NCBI GenBank assembly: GCA_963815115.1
Contig: CAWFFN010000008.1
Span: forward strand, 1-64,000
DNA from: an uncultured delta proteobacterium
Lineage (GTDB): Bacteria; Desulfobacterota; Binatia; DP-6
Length of the DNA: 64,000 bases
Reading direction: 5' to 3'
Shown here in pieces: positions 1 through 9,030 of the stretch; within the stretch, counting starts at the first letter, position 1; every line of letters begins with the position of its first letter. The position numbers and the translations under genes were made by a program. The notes beneath the pieces are model-generated. The model worked only from the letters and a program-made list of their open reading frames with translations, was not told the origin of the DNA and did not search any database.

Positions 1-47
1 ACGGGTCATTGATGGATCGGATCGGTCGAGAGAGGAGGGTTCCGGCG

Positions 48-420
48 ATGCTTCAGTTCCTAGTTGCGCTGACCGTCTTCCTAGCCGCGACCGTCGGCAC
101 TGGCCGGGACGTCCGTGCCGAGGCGACGGAGGGGGAAAGATCTTCCGGACCCAGTGCGCGAACTGCCATTCGCTGACCCAGGCGTGTTGTCGATCGCGCC
201 CGATCTGCACAGCCTGGTCGGCCGCAAGGCGGGCTCGCTCAAGGACTTCAAGTACTCGGCGGACTTGAAGGGCGCGGACTTCACCTGGACCCCGGAGAAG
301 CTCGACCAGTGGCTCAAGTCGCCCCACCAGATGGCGCCCGAGACGGATATGGCCTTCAAGGGGCTCGCGTCGGAGAAGGACCGCGCCCAAACGATCGAGT
401 TCCTGAAGACCTTGAAGTAA
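48..420 (+). pseudogene. Class I cytochrome c (c2-like), frameshifted
   Basis: AGGAGG RBS, then ATG48 and a signal peptide. CANCH heme motif at 155-169 is in a second frame; the GRKAGS..FKYS..WTPEKLDQWL..P..M.F.G C-terminus is in a third frame (115..420). Both shifts lie at or near short homopolymers. Confidence 0.75.
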
Positions 421-1159
421 CGCCGCGCCGGGCGACCCGGGTTCGCGTCATGCGAGGAGGTTGCCACGCTGGAGCGGGCGATTGGCCCGCGGGGCACGCC
501 CGTCACCGGGTTCCAGATGGAGGAGAAGGGGCGCGCGAGTTCGGGTACTACCTGAACCGCGACATGCAGAACGTCTCCGATCGGCGCGCGCTCGCACCCC
601 TGAAGGCAGGAACGGTGGTCGTGACGCCGGTCGGCGAGGCCGGTACGCTCGCTACCGACGGCCGCTTCGTCGAGGTGCGCCGCACGGTGCAGTTCGCCGT
701 GTTTCGCATCGTGCCCACGGAAGCGTCGCGCGGGCAGGAGAACGGGACGGCTCGGCAAGTGACTAACCTAAGCGCCCCCGGGCGGACTCCGGCTCTGGCG
801 ATCGCCGCCGTTGTCCTTGCTGCGTTGCTGCTCCTCCGTCTGGGCGCCGCCGATGTGTGCTCGGGCACGGCATGGTAGCGGCGGCAGCTTCACCCCTTCG
901 ACCTCGCCGCGGAAGACGCGCACGACGAAGGCGGCGAGGTCGTCGTCGCTCTTCTGCTCGCGGATGGCGTGGATGATACCTTGGGGCGACCGCCGAGTTG
1001 GCGGACTGTCTCTTGGGCGCCGCCCCGGACCATGCGGCGACCCGGGCTCAACTGCGAGCGAACCACGCTGCTTCTACGGTTCGTTAGAACCCGCCCGGCC
1101 AAACAGTCCAAAGGCAGTCCAAAGCGAGCACACCAAGTAGCAAGGTCGCGAATAGACAA

Positions 1160-1181
1160 GCGGAGGGGGGGAGATTCGAAC
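1160..1181 (-). mobile_element. tRNA 3'-end-like (Ser-type) attachment-site remnant
   Basis: Minus strand reads GTTCGAATCTCCCCCCCTCCGC (T-loop plus acceptor-strand-like) with no 5' half. CAGTCCAAA direct repeats nearby (about 1104-1124). Confidence 0.45.
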
Positions 1182-1689
1182 TTCGAGAGGGCGAGCAGCG
1201 TGCCGCACCCGAAAGCCGCGTACCTTCCGAGACTTCCGACCAGAACGAGCCCAAGTCAGGGTCGCGGCGCGATCCCAAAACGACCCGTAAGAACCCAACT
1301 TGACCCGGAAAAGCGGGAACCGTTCCCGCTCGCGGCCTCGTGGAACAACATCCGCCTCGAGTGACGACCGCGCGGTTCCCGCGACTGGTCATCTACGTTT
1401 GGTCGCCGTTGGCTCACCGGTCGCCGTTGGCCCAGATGGCGGCAACGCTGTCCGCCCCTCGGCCATCCGCCTCGTCTCTCTGCAGGGAACAGCAGGAACA
1501 ACTGGAACACGGCGCCAGAGGTCACCGTGACGCCGGCCCAAACCGGCGTTCCCGATTGCCTCGGGCTCGCAAGCGTGCCCCGGAAACAGTGGACATAGGA
1601 TCACCAGGTTGGACGTCCGACCATCGCCGACGAGAAGAGAAGAGCGTAATGACCCATCAAGCCGGGCTCGGCGTCCGCCAGCGCACCTC

Positions 1690-1768
1690 GGAGCCCAAGG
1701 CAGCTCTTGACGACGCCGACGAAGCGCCGGCCGGTCTACCGGTTGATCGGGACTGCCTGTTCGCTCAT
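1690..1768 (-). pseudogene. N-terminal remnant of an SbmA/BacA-type ABC permease/ATPase
   Basis: MSEQAVPINR*TGRRFVGVVKS directly downstream of the glucoamylase-family gene, with an internal TAG. Resembles the start of ABC transporters that typically follow this gene. Confidence 0.3.
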
Positions 1769-1792
1769 GAGGGTCTCCCGCCGGCCGCCGCG

Positions 1793-3124
1793 CTACAGCC
1801 AGCCGCCGGTGAATCCAGCCCGGCGCAGCCCCGCGACGAAATACGGGCAGCGGCGCGTGAGGGCCCAGACCAGGCCCGTGCGATAGTTCTCGATCATCAG
1901 CACCACCGGCCCCTGGTCGATGCCGAATTGGTACGGCGTCACCCACCAGCCGGTCGGGCTGTCGTCCACGCGGAACGTCCGGTTGAACGACGCCTTGAAC
2001 CCGTACGGCCGGTCTCGGCCGCCCAGCTTCAGGCCGGCCAGGTGGCGGACGGTGGGAATGACGATCTCCGGGGCGAACGGCAGCGAGGCAACCACGACCC
2101 ACGGGGCGACGGTGCCGTCGTCCGGGCCGAACGGGGCGCCACGGGCGTTGTAGTCGAAGAACTGCCGCTCTACTCCGTCCACGACCCGCTTCACCCAGCC
2201 GGGGCCGTCGCACGCCGTCAACCCCCAGCAGTGCTCCCCGTAGCCGGTGAATTGCAGCGGGTTATGGACCGCGTAGGCTTGGTGCACGAAAGTCGCCTGC
2301 CGGCTGTTCTCGAAGTAGTCGCTGCCGTGGTCGCGCATGAAGGCGTCACGGAGGCCGCGGAAGTCAACCCACAGGTGCGAGAGTTGGTGGGTGAACAGCG
2401 GCCCGGAGTAGAGCAACTCGCGGCCGTAGAGCTGCTTCCACTGGTACGTCGCGCAGAAGGCGGCGTAACTCTCCGGCGGCAACGGGTGCGTCGGCGAGCC
2501 CAGGCCCAGCACATACAGGAGCAACCCCTCGTCGTAGCCCTCCCAGCGATGCGGGAGAAAGCCGCTTTCCGGCCGCCAGCCATGCGTGAGCGTCGCGCCG
2601 CCGTCCCGGGCCCAGTTCCAGTCGGCCCGGCGATAGAGCGCGTCGGCCAGGCGGCCGACCTCGACCTCGTCGGCCGTATCGTGGTCGAAATATGCCGCGG
2701 CGATGAGCAAGCCGGCGAACAGGAACGCCGAATCGATGGTGGACAGCTCACACTGCCACACACGGCGGCCCGTCTCGATGTCGAGGAAGTGGTAGAAGAA
2801 GCCCTTGTACCCGGAGGCGTCCGGCTCCGGCCCCTGCGGGAGGTCGTGCAGATAGCGGAGTCTGCTGCGCGCGATCTTCGCCGCGAACTGCCGGAGGACC
2901 ACGCCGCGCTCGACGGCGACCGGGAGGGTCGCCAGGGCCATCCCGACGGCGGCGATGCTGCACGGGGCGGCCGGATCGGTCTTGTCCCGGACCAGCCCGT
3001 TATCGGGGTTCGTCTCGTGCAGGTAGTAAAGGATCGTGGTCCACTGGAGCCGTTCCAGATCCTCGTCAGTCGGCAGCCGATTCAGGTCGTCCTCGGTCTG
3101 TGGTGAGTCGGCCATTTGGCTCAC
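1793..3124 (-). CDS. Glucoamylase-family / GH144-like glycoside hydrolase (putative beta-1,2-glucanase)
   Basis: 443 aa; motifs SIAAVG, GYKGFFYHFLD, ELSTIDSA, WEGYDEG, GPLFTHQLSH, WGLTACDGP, GIDQGP..LMIEN. Confidence 0.85.
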   Translation of the reverse strand: MSQMADSPQTEDDLNRLPTDEDLERLQWTTILYYLHETNPDNGLVRDKTDPAAPCSIAAVGMALATLPVAVERGVVLRQFAAKIARSRLRYLHDLPQGPEPDASGYKGFFYHFLDIETGRRVWQCELSTIDSAFLFAGLLIAAAYFDHDTADEVEVGRLADALYRRADWNWARDGGATLTHGWRPESGFLPHRWEGYDEGLLLYVLGLGSPTHPLPPESYAAFCATYQWKQLYGRELLYSGPLFTHQLSHLWVDFRGLRDAFMRDHGSDYFENSRQATFVHQAYAVHNPLQFTGYGEHCWGLTACDGPGWVKRVVDGVERQFFDYNARGAPFGPDDGTVAPWVVVASLPFAPEIVIPTVRHLAGLKLGGRDRPYGFKASFNRTFRVDDSPTGWWVTPYQFGIDQGPVVLMIENYRTGLVWALTRRCPYFVAGLRRAGFTGGWL

Positions 3125-6100
3125 TTCGTCTCGCTACCCAAGGTGACCCGGACGTCATGCTCGCCCCCGTCGTCGCGCAACGGCACAACGCCGCCCGGCA
3201 CGGGCTGCCCGTCCACCAGGACTGACTGCACGCCGCGGCCGGCGCCGGCCGGGTTCTCCACCCGGATTCGGTACGTCGCGGACCCGTGGCGGTAGGCGAC
3301 CTCGTATCCCGGCCAGCGGCATGGGACGCAGGGTTCGACTCGGAGCATGTCGCCGGACGGACGGACACCGAGGATCGCTTCCAGGGCGACGCGGTACAGC
3401 CAGGCCGCCGAGCCCGTGTACCAGGTCCAGCCGCCGCGGCCGGTGTGCGGCGGAGCGCCATAGATGTCGGCGCAGACCACGTAGGGCTCGACCTTGTAGT
3501 GCTGCACCTCCGCGGGCGTGGTGGCGTGGTAGACCGGATTGATCAGGTTCCACAGCTCCAGGGCGCGATCGCCGCGGCCTTGCAGTGCCGTCGCCAGAAC
3601 GACCCAGGTGGCCCCGTGGGTGTACTGGCCGCCGTTCTCACGAATCCCCGGCACGTAGCCCTTGATGTAGCCTGGCTGCAGGGGCCCGTGATCGAACGGC
3701 GGATCGAACAGCTGAATCAGTTTGCTGTCGGGGTGCACCAGCCGCTCGTCGACGGAGGCCATGGCCTGTTCCGCTCGCGCCGGGTCCGCGGCACCTGAAA
3801 TCACCGCCCAGGCCTGAGGGAGGGCGTCGATCTGGCACTCGTCATTCTGGGCCGATCCCAGAGGCGTGCCGTCGTCGAAGTAGGCTCGGCGATACCAGGC
3901 GCCGTCCCAGGCGTTGGCCTCCAGCGCCGCCCGCAGATCCTCGGCCCGTTCCCGGCACCACGCCACGCGAGTCGCGTCGCCGCGTTGCCCGGCGAGCTCC
4001 GCGAACGCGTTCAGCACGGTGATGAAGAACCAGCCGTTCCAGACGCTCTCGCCGTTGCCCCGGGCGCCGACCCTGTTCATGCCATCGTTCCAGTCGCCGG
4101 TGCCCATCAGCGGCAGGCCATGCGCTCCCAGCTTGTAGCCGTGCTCCAGGGCGCGGATGCAGTGTTCATAAACGGTCCACGCCTGCTCGCTCACCCCCGG
4201 CAGACTGTAGTCCTCCTCCTGGTCGGGACGCAGCACCGGTGACTTCAGGAAGGGCACTCGCTGGTCGAGGAGGGCAGTGTCGCCGGTCACGGTGACGTAG
4301 TGGTGGACGACCAGCGGCAGGAAGTACAGGTCGTCGGAGATGCGCGTGCGGACGCCGCGGCCGGCCGGCGGGTGCCACCAATGCTGTACATCGCCTTCCT
4401 CGAACTGCCTCCCGGCCGACCGCAGGATCTGAGCCTGCGTCTCTTGCGGGGCACTACAGGCAAGCGCCATGACGTCCTGGAGCTGATCGCGAAAGCCGTA
4501 CGCTCCGCCTGATTGGTAGAACGCCGACCGTCCCCAGACGCGGCAGGCCAAGACCTGGTAGGGCAGCCAGCGGTTGACCATCAGGTCCAGGCCGGCGTCG
4601 GATGTTGTCACCTGGACGGCACCAAGGATCCGGTCCCACAATCGCTGGACCTCCTGGAGTGCCTCCTGGGCCCGACCGGGGACGGTGTACGAAGCCGCAA
4701 GATGCCGGACTCGTGCCAAGGTATCCGCCTCTCCCAAGACGAAGACGACCTCCTCGGCCTGGCCCGGAGCAAGGAGGATCGGCGTCAGGAGCGCGGCGCA
4801 CGGGTCGAGCGCCGGCCCGGCGCGACCCGACAGGCCAGCACATCCGAGGGCGGCCGGCGCCGCGGGCGAGCCGTGTCGACCCAGGAACTCAGCGCGGTCC
4901 GCGGTGACGGAGTGCGGCCGCGAGCCGACGGCCGCGAACGCGAGCCCGCCGGCAAAGTCGCCCGCCCAGGCGTTGCGGGCGAGCACGGCGCCGGCTCCCA
5001 CGTCGCGCTCGCACACCACTTGCCAGGGGGCGTTGTCCCGCACACTCCCGAGCACCCACTCGGCGTAAAACGTCGCCGACAGACGCCGGGGCCGGTCGCC
5101 AGCGTTGCGCACACACAGGCACACTAGCTTGACCGGGTCCTCGGGCGGTACCAGCACAAGCAGCTCCTGCTCCAGCCCGTGGCTCCGGCGGCTGTAGCGG
5201 GTGTAGCCCTGGCCGTGGCGGACCGTCACGGCTGCACCCTGCCCTCGCGGCAAGGGGGTTGGCGTCCACACCGCCCCCGTATCCTCGTCGCGTAGGTAGA
5301 CCGCCTCGCCCGGCGGGTCGGAGACCGGGTCGTTCGACCACGGGGTCAGCCGGTTCAGCCGGCTGTTGCCCGCCCAGGAGAAGCCCAGGCCAGCCTCTGT
5401 CACCAGACACCCGAAGCGGGGGTTGGCGAGCACGTTGGTCCAGGGTGCCGGCGGCAAGGGCGGGCCGCCGGGCGCGGTGCCGTCGATCAGGATCACGTAC
5501 TCGCGACCATCGCTTGCGAACCCACCACAGCCGTTCCAGAACCGTAGGCCCTCGGGGGGCATGGCGGGAGTCCCGACGGGTTCCGGTGCGGGCGGCTGGG
5601 TGATCGTCAACGGCGGCGGGAGGGCGGCTGCGGCCGGTCGGCAGTCGAGCTGATCGGCCAGGGAGCGAGGGCCACCGCCGAGGACGGCCCGCGCCGCAGC
5701 CGTGAGCAGCACCACGTCGTCGGCCGAGAGCTTGCCCGCGTCCAGGACGAACACCCCACCCGGCTTGCCGAGCAGCGGGCCGGCAGGGCCGGCCTGGAGG
5801 TCGGCCTGGAGTCGGTCGGCGTCGCCGCCGGGGCGCTCGTCCAGGATCACAAGGTCTGGATCCAGGCCGCGGCGGCGGGCGTATGCGTGCCATTGCACGA
5901 CGTGGCGGACCATCGACCCGTCGTCGACCGCGGTGACTCGGACCAGTACAATCGGACGATCTCCGGAGATGCCATACGGCCACAGGCCCGGCTGCCCCAG
6001 GCGGTTAGCGGCGACGGCGTCCGGCTGGCGCAGCGCTTGGCTGGTGAAGAGGACCGCCCCCGCCAAGCGGTTGTACAGGGCAACGTCATCCGGGGTCAGG

Positions 6101-7050
6101 CCCAGCTCCGACAACTCGTGCCGGCAGCCATCCCGAGCGCCGGCGAAGGTGCGCTCAACGGCTGCAAACTCCCGGAAGTGCTCGGCCAGGGCGATGGCCG
6201 CTTCCCGGGTGTCTGCGACTCCGGTGACGAACGCGATGCGGGCCCTGCCTCCCGGGTCGAGCCGGACCCGCCACCGCAGGCTGAATACCGGGTCCAGCAC
6301 CGGGCCGGTGGTCCCTGACAGGCGTGCCCCGGGGTCCAGGGCGGCGGGGTTGGCGGGCGTGCGGCCGCGCCCCAGGAACCTGACTCGGTCAGTCTCGTAT
6401 TCCACCGCGCCACTGGCTGGGCCGTCCGCCGCTGTAACGTGGATGGCCCAGACAGGCTTTTCGGCCGTGGCCCGCGGCCTGCGGCGGGCCAGCAGGGCAC
6501 CCGGACCACGGACGAACTCTGTCTCGAGAAACATCTTCGCGAAGGCCGGGTGGCCCTGATCTGCGCGGCGGTAATTCAGGCACACTTCGGCGTAGCTGGT
6601 CAGGTCGAGCTCGCGGGCCCGGCCACCGTGATTGACGAGCGTGACCAAGCGCACTTCCGCGTCGTGGTCCCGCGCAACACAGATGGCGCAACAGGTCTCA
6701 ACGTCGCCATCACGGCGGCGGAACTCGGCCCTGTCGGCGTGGAAGGCGACCTGGTATTCATCAACCCCTCGGAGCATCGGCTGATGCCCGATCGACCAGA
6801 TCCTGCCGTCCTCCGGGCATCGGACGTAGACGAATTGCCCCCAGCAGTCGCGGGTCGCGTCCTCCCGCCAACGGGTCACATCCAGGTCCCGCCAGGTGCT
6901 GGCTCCGGCCCCGGCGTCGGTAATCATCACACCATACGATCCGTTGGACAGCAGCGCGACCTGGGGGTGCGGTGGGTCGGCCGCCGTCCCACGACCCGGT
7001 CCTTGGGTTGGGGAGGCCTGGTGGGCGTGTTCGTTTGCTGTGGTCGTCAT
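3121..7050 (-). CDS. GH94 glycoside phosphorylase (standalone NdvB/Cgs C-terminal region)
   Basis: 1309 aa; two Glyco_transf_36 N-domains (LLSNGSY, PWTNVLAN), YQSGGAYGFRDQLQD, GTGDWNDGMN, GIRENGGQYTH, GRGGWTWYTGSA. Overlaps the downstream gene by 4 bp. Confidence 0.9.
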   Translation of the reverse strand: MTTTANEHAHQASPTQGPGRGTAADPPHPQVALLSNGSYGVMITDAGAGASTWRDLDVTRWREDATRDCWGQFVYVRCPEDGRIWSIGHQPMLRGVDEYQVAFHADRAEFRRRDGDVETCCAICVARDHDAEVRLVTLVNHGGRARELDLTSYAEVCLNYRRADQGHPAFAKMFLETEFVRGPGALLARRRPRATAEKPVWAIHVTAADGPASGAVEYETDRVRFLGRGRTPANPAALDPGARLSGTTGPVLDPVFSLRWRVRLDPGGRARIAFVTGVADTREAAIALAEHFREFAAVERTFAGARDGCRHELSELGLTPDDVALYNRLAGAVLFTSQALRQPDAVAANRLGQPGLWPYGISGDRPIVLVRVTAVDDGSMVRHVVQWHAYARRRGLDPDLVILDERPGGDADRLQADLQAGPAGPLLGKPGGVFVLDAGKLSADDVVLLTAAARAVLGGGPRSLADQLDCRPAAAALPPPLTITQPPAPEPVGTPAMPPEGLRFWNGCGGFASDGREYVILIDGTAPGGPPLPPAPWTNVLANPRFGCLVTEAGLGFSWAGNSRLNRLTPWSNDPVSDPPGEAVYLRDEDTGAVWTPTPLPRGQGAAVTVRHGQGYTRYSRRSHGLEQELLVLVPPEDPVKLVCLCVRNAGDRPRRLSATFYAEWVLGSVRDNAPWQVVCERDVGAGAVLARNAWAGDFAGGLAFAAVGSRPHSVTADRAEFLGRHGSPAAPAALGCAGLSGRAGPALDPCAALLTPILLAPGQAEEVVFVLGEADTLARVRHLAASYTVPGRAQEALQEVQRLWDRILGAVQVTTSDAGLDLMVNRWLPYQVLACRVWGRSAFYQSGGAYGFRDQLQDVMALACSAPQETQAQILRSAGRQFEEGDVQHWWHPPAGRGVRTRISDDLYFLPLVVHHYVTVTGDTALLDQRVPFLKSPVLRPDQEEDYSLPGVSEQAWTVYEHCIRALEHGYKLGAHGLPLMGTGDWNDGMNRVGARGNGESVWNGWFFITVLNAFAELAGQRGDATRVAWCRERAEDLRAALEANAWDGAWYRRAYFDDGTPLGSAQNDECQIDALPQAWAVISGAADPARAEQAMASVDERLVHPDSKLIQLFDPPFDHGPLQPGYIKGYVPGIRENGGQYTHGATWVVLATALQGRGDRALELWNLINPVYHATTPAEVQHYKVEPYVVCADIYGAPPHTGRGGWTWYTGSAAWLYRVALEAILGVRPSGDMLRVEPCVPCRWPGYEVAYRHGSATYRIRVENPAGAGRGVQSVLVDGQPVPGGVVPLRDDGGEHDVRVTLGSETK

Positions 7051-7469
7051 TTTGCCGCTCCCTTGGGCGATCAGCCTGTCGCCGCGGAAATCCGCGTTCC
7101 TTGATGGATCAGGCCCGGGGAGACGAGAACCGGCGTGTGGGCATCGCTGTCACCTTCGCCGCTCCCACCGAGCTTCCACGTGATCTCGCTCGACAACAGA
7201 TCGACGGTGAACAGGTCATCGATCCGGCTCAGCCGACGGTCGCGCTCCAGATCCCTCAAGTCGGGTGTGGCATCTGCGAGCGCAGGGCGCCCAGGCCCTC
7301 GTGATCGCTCGGATCGGCGATCGTGATCTGAGCGAAGCGACGCGGGGTGGTCGTTAGCTGTCGGGGCTGGCCTCCTTTCTCCGTGACGGGCCCTTTAGCA
7401 CGACCCGGTGGGCGGGGTGGAGGAGCCGGTCGCAGATGGCGTCCGCGACCGTGGGGTCGCTCGCGGCGT

Positions 7470-7765
7470 TGCAAGGGAACGATGCCGGCGGTTTGTCCGC
7501 CACGAACATCTCGCGGCTGACCAACGAGTGGGAGACCGAGTACCGGGCCTTCCAGAAGCGGAGCCTTGCCGATCGCGACTACGTCTACGTGTGGGTCGAT
7601 GGCGTGCACTTCAACGTCCGGCTGCAGGACGATCGCCTCTGCACGCTCGTCATGATCGGTGTGCGGCCCGACGGGACGAAGGAGCTGATTACGGTCGAGG
7701 ACGGCTACCGGGAGAACGCCGAGAGCTGGAAGACCGTGCTCCGCGACTTGAAGCGCCGCGGCCGG
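7470..7765 (+). mobile_element. IS256-family transposase internal fragment
   Basis: GLSATNISRL...YVYVWVDGVHFNVRL...LVMIGVRPDGTKELI.VEDGYRE..ESW..VLRDLKRRG; truncated at both ends. Confidence 0.85.
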
Positions 7766-7811
7766 GGCCAGTGTATTCGGCCTCTGTGGAGAGCACGAGC
7801 ACCCCGGGTCT

Positions 7812-8398
7812 TCATGGCACGAGTTTCAAACTCACCTCCAGCACACCCGGCTCGGAGCAAGTCGTCATCATGGGGAGGCCGCTCTTACGAAAGACGCTCA
7901 TCATCGGTCGATTCTCAGCGAGCACGAAAGCATGAAAGGCACGCAGACCATTGGCACGCGCGATCGCTGCCAAGTGCCGTAGGAGTACGGCACCGATCCG
8001 AGCCGCTGGTGAGCATCTGGTACCACGAACGCTACCTCTGCGCTCTTCGGCCGCACCTCCGAGTGCTCGACGATGTAGCCGGCGGCACCGACCAACAGAG
8101 GACCCGAGCTGTTGTCGACGAAGGCTACGAGTGCGACGTGGTTCACGAAGTCTAGCTGCGTCAAGTAGTCGAGCTCACGCTCCGACAGCTCGCGCTTCGC
8201 GGTAAAGAAGCGATGGTAAGCTGATTCCGGCGATAAGTGATGCATTCCCTCGCGCAGTAGGTCGCGGTCCGACGGCCGGACCGCGCGCAGCCACACGCGG
8301 CACCCGTCTCGCAGTCGATCTTCGGCGTGGTACTGGCAGGAGATGAGCATAGCTTCGGTCTGTTCTTGTCGTTTGTTCAAGACGGTGCCTCCGCTCAC
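7812..8398 (-). pseudogene. GNAT acetyltransferase (acyl-CoA synthetase/Pat GNAT-like), frameshifted
   Basis: LRDG..V.LRAVRPSD...LSPESAYHRFF...SAEVAFVVPDAHQRLG, then a shift near 7995 into IGAVLLRHLAAIARANGL...VLAENRPMM; stop at 7812-7814. Confidence 0.75.
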
Positions 8399-8573
8399 AT
8401 GCGTTCAAGGGCCAATCTACTTCACAGGCGCGACCGCGGCATGCCCGTCGCGGATCAGCGCGGCGGCTAAAGTCCGAGATAGGTGCTACAGAGCGATCAC
8501 GACGATCTCACACGTCAGGCAGCGACGTGGAATTGTCGGGCAGAGATCGGACTCGAGCAACCTGAAATGCACG

Positions 8574-8843
8574 CTATTTGGCGGCCGCGCGCCTCCGCTT
8601 CGATCTCCTGGCCGGCTTCTTTCGGGTGGCGGCCTGGATGTCCTTGCGCAACCGACGCGCGTGCTCGTCCAACTGCTTGGCTGCCGCTGCAACTTGCTTG
8701 CGGAGCTTCTTTGCCCCGGCTTGCAAGCTCTTCGGCAGTCCCGTCGCCGCGACCTTCTTCCGGATGTCCGAGCGCAGTTTCCTCGCGTGCGTCTCGATGT
8801 CCTTCATGAGGGCAGCAACTCGATCATCTGAAGCCTTCGGCAT
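8574..8843 (-). CDS. Small Lys/Ala/Arg-rich helical protein (phasin/histone-like)
   Basis: GGAGG RBS before MPKASDD; repeated ARKLRxDI-like motifs and a basic tail RKKPARRSKRRRAAAK. Confidence 0.6.
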   Translation of the reverse strand: MPKASDDRVAALMKDIETHARKLRSDIRKKVAATGLPKSLQAGAKKLRKQVAAAAKQLDEHARRLRKDIQAATRKKPARRSKRRRAAAK

Positions 8844-8878
8844 GTCGCCTCCCGTCGTGGTTGGCTGAGTGTGTACGG

Positions 8879-9007
8879 TCATAAGCAGTTTGAGAATCGC
8901 TCGGGGCCGATGCGGACCGTGAGCCGGTGTACCGCGCTCGCATTCCGCGCGTGGGTCTCGGTCTCTACCCGCCCGAGCAATGCCTCGACTAGCCCGTACT
9001 CGTGCAT
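8879..9007 (-). pseudogene. hypA: Truncated hydrogenase nickel metallochaperone HypA
   Basis: MHEYGLVEALLGRVE...V..LTVRIG N-terminus (MHE Ni motif); stops after 42 aa and lacks the CxxC zinc site. Confidence 0.75.
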
Positions 9008-9030
9008 GGCCTCACCGTTCGTCAGCGGCG

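Noticed and set aside
48-420. Programmed frameshifting in the cytochrome c gene
   Set aside because: Two separate shifts with no recoding signal; decay or sequencing error is simpler.
449-1000. Possible ArnT-like glycosyltransferase fragments and a short minus-strand ORF
   Set aside because: Too short and broken to assign without a search.
1340-3106. 588-aa plus-strand ORF
   Set aside because: Antisense shadow of the glycoside hydrolase in high-GC DNA; no motifs.
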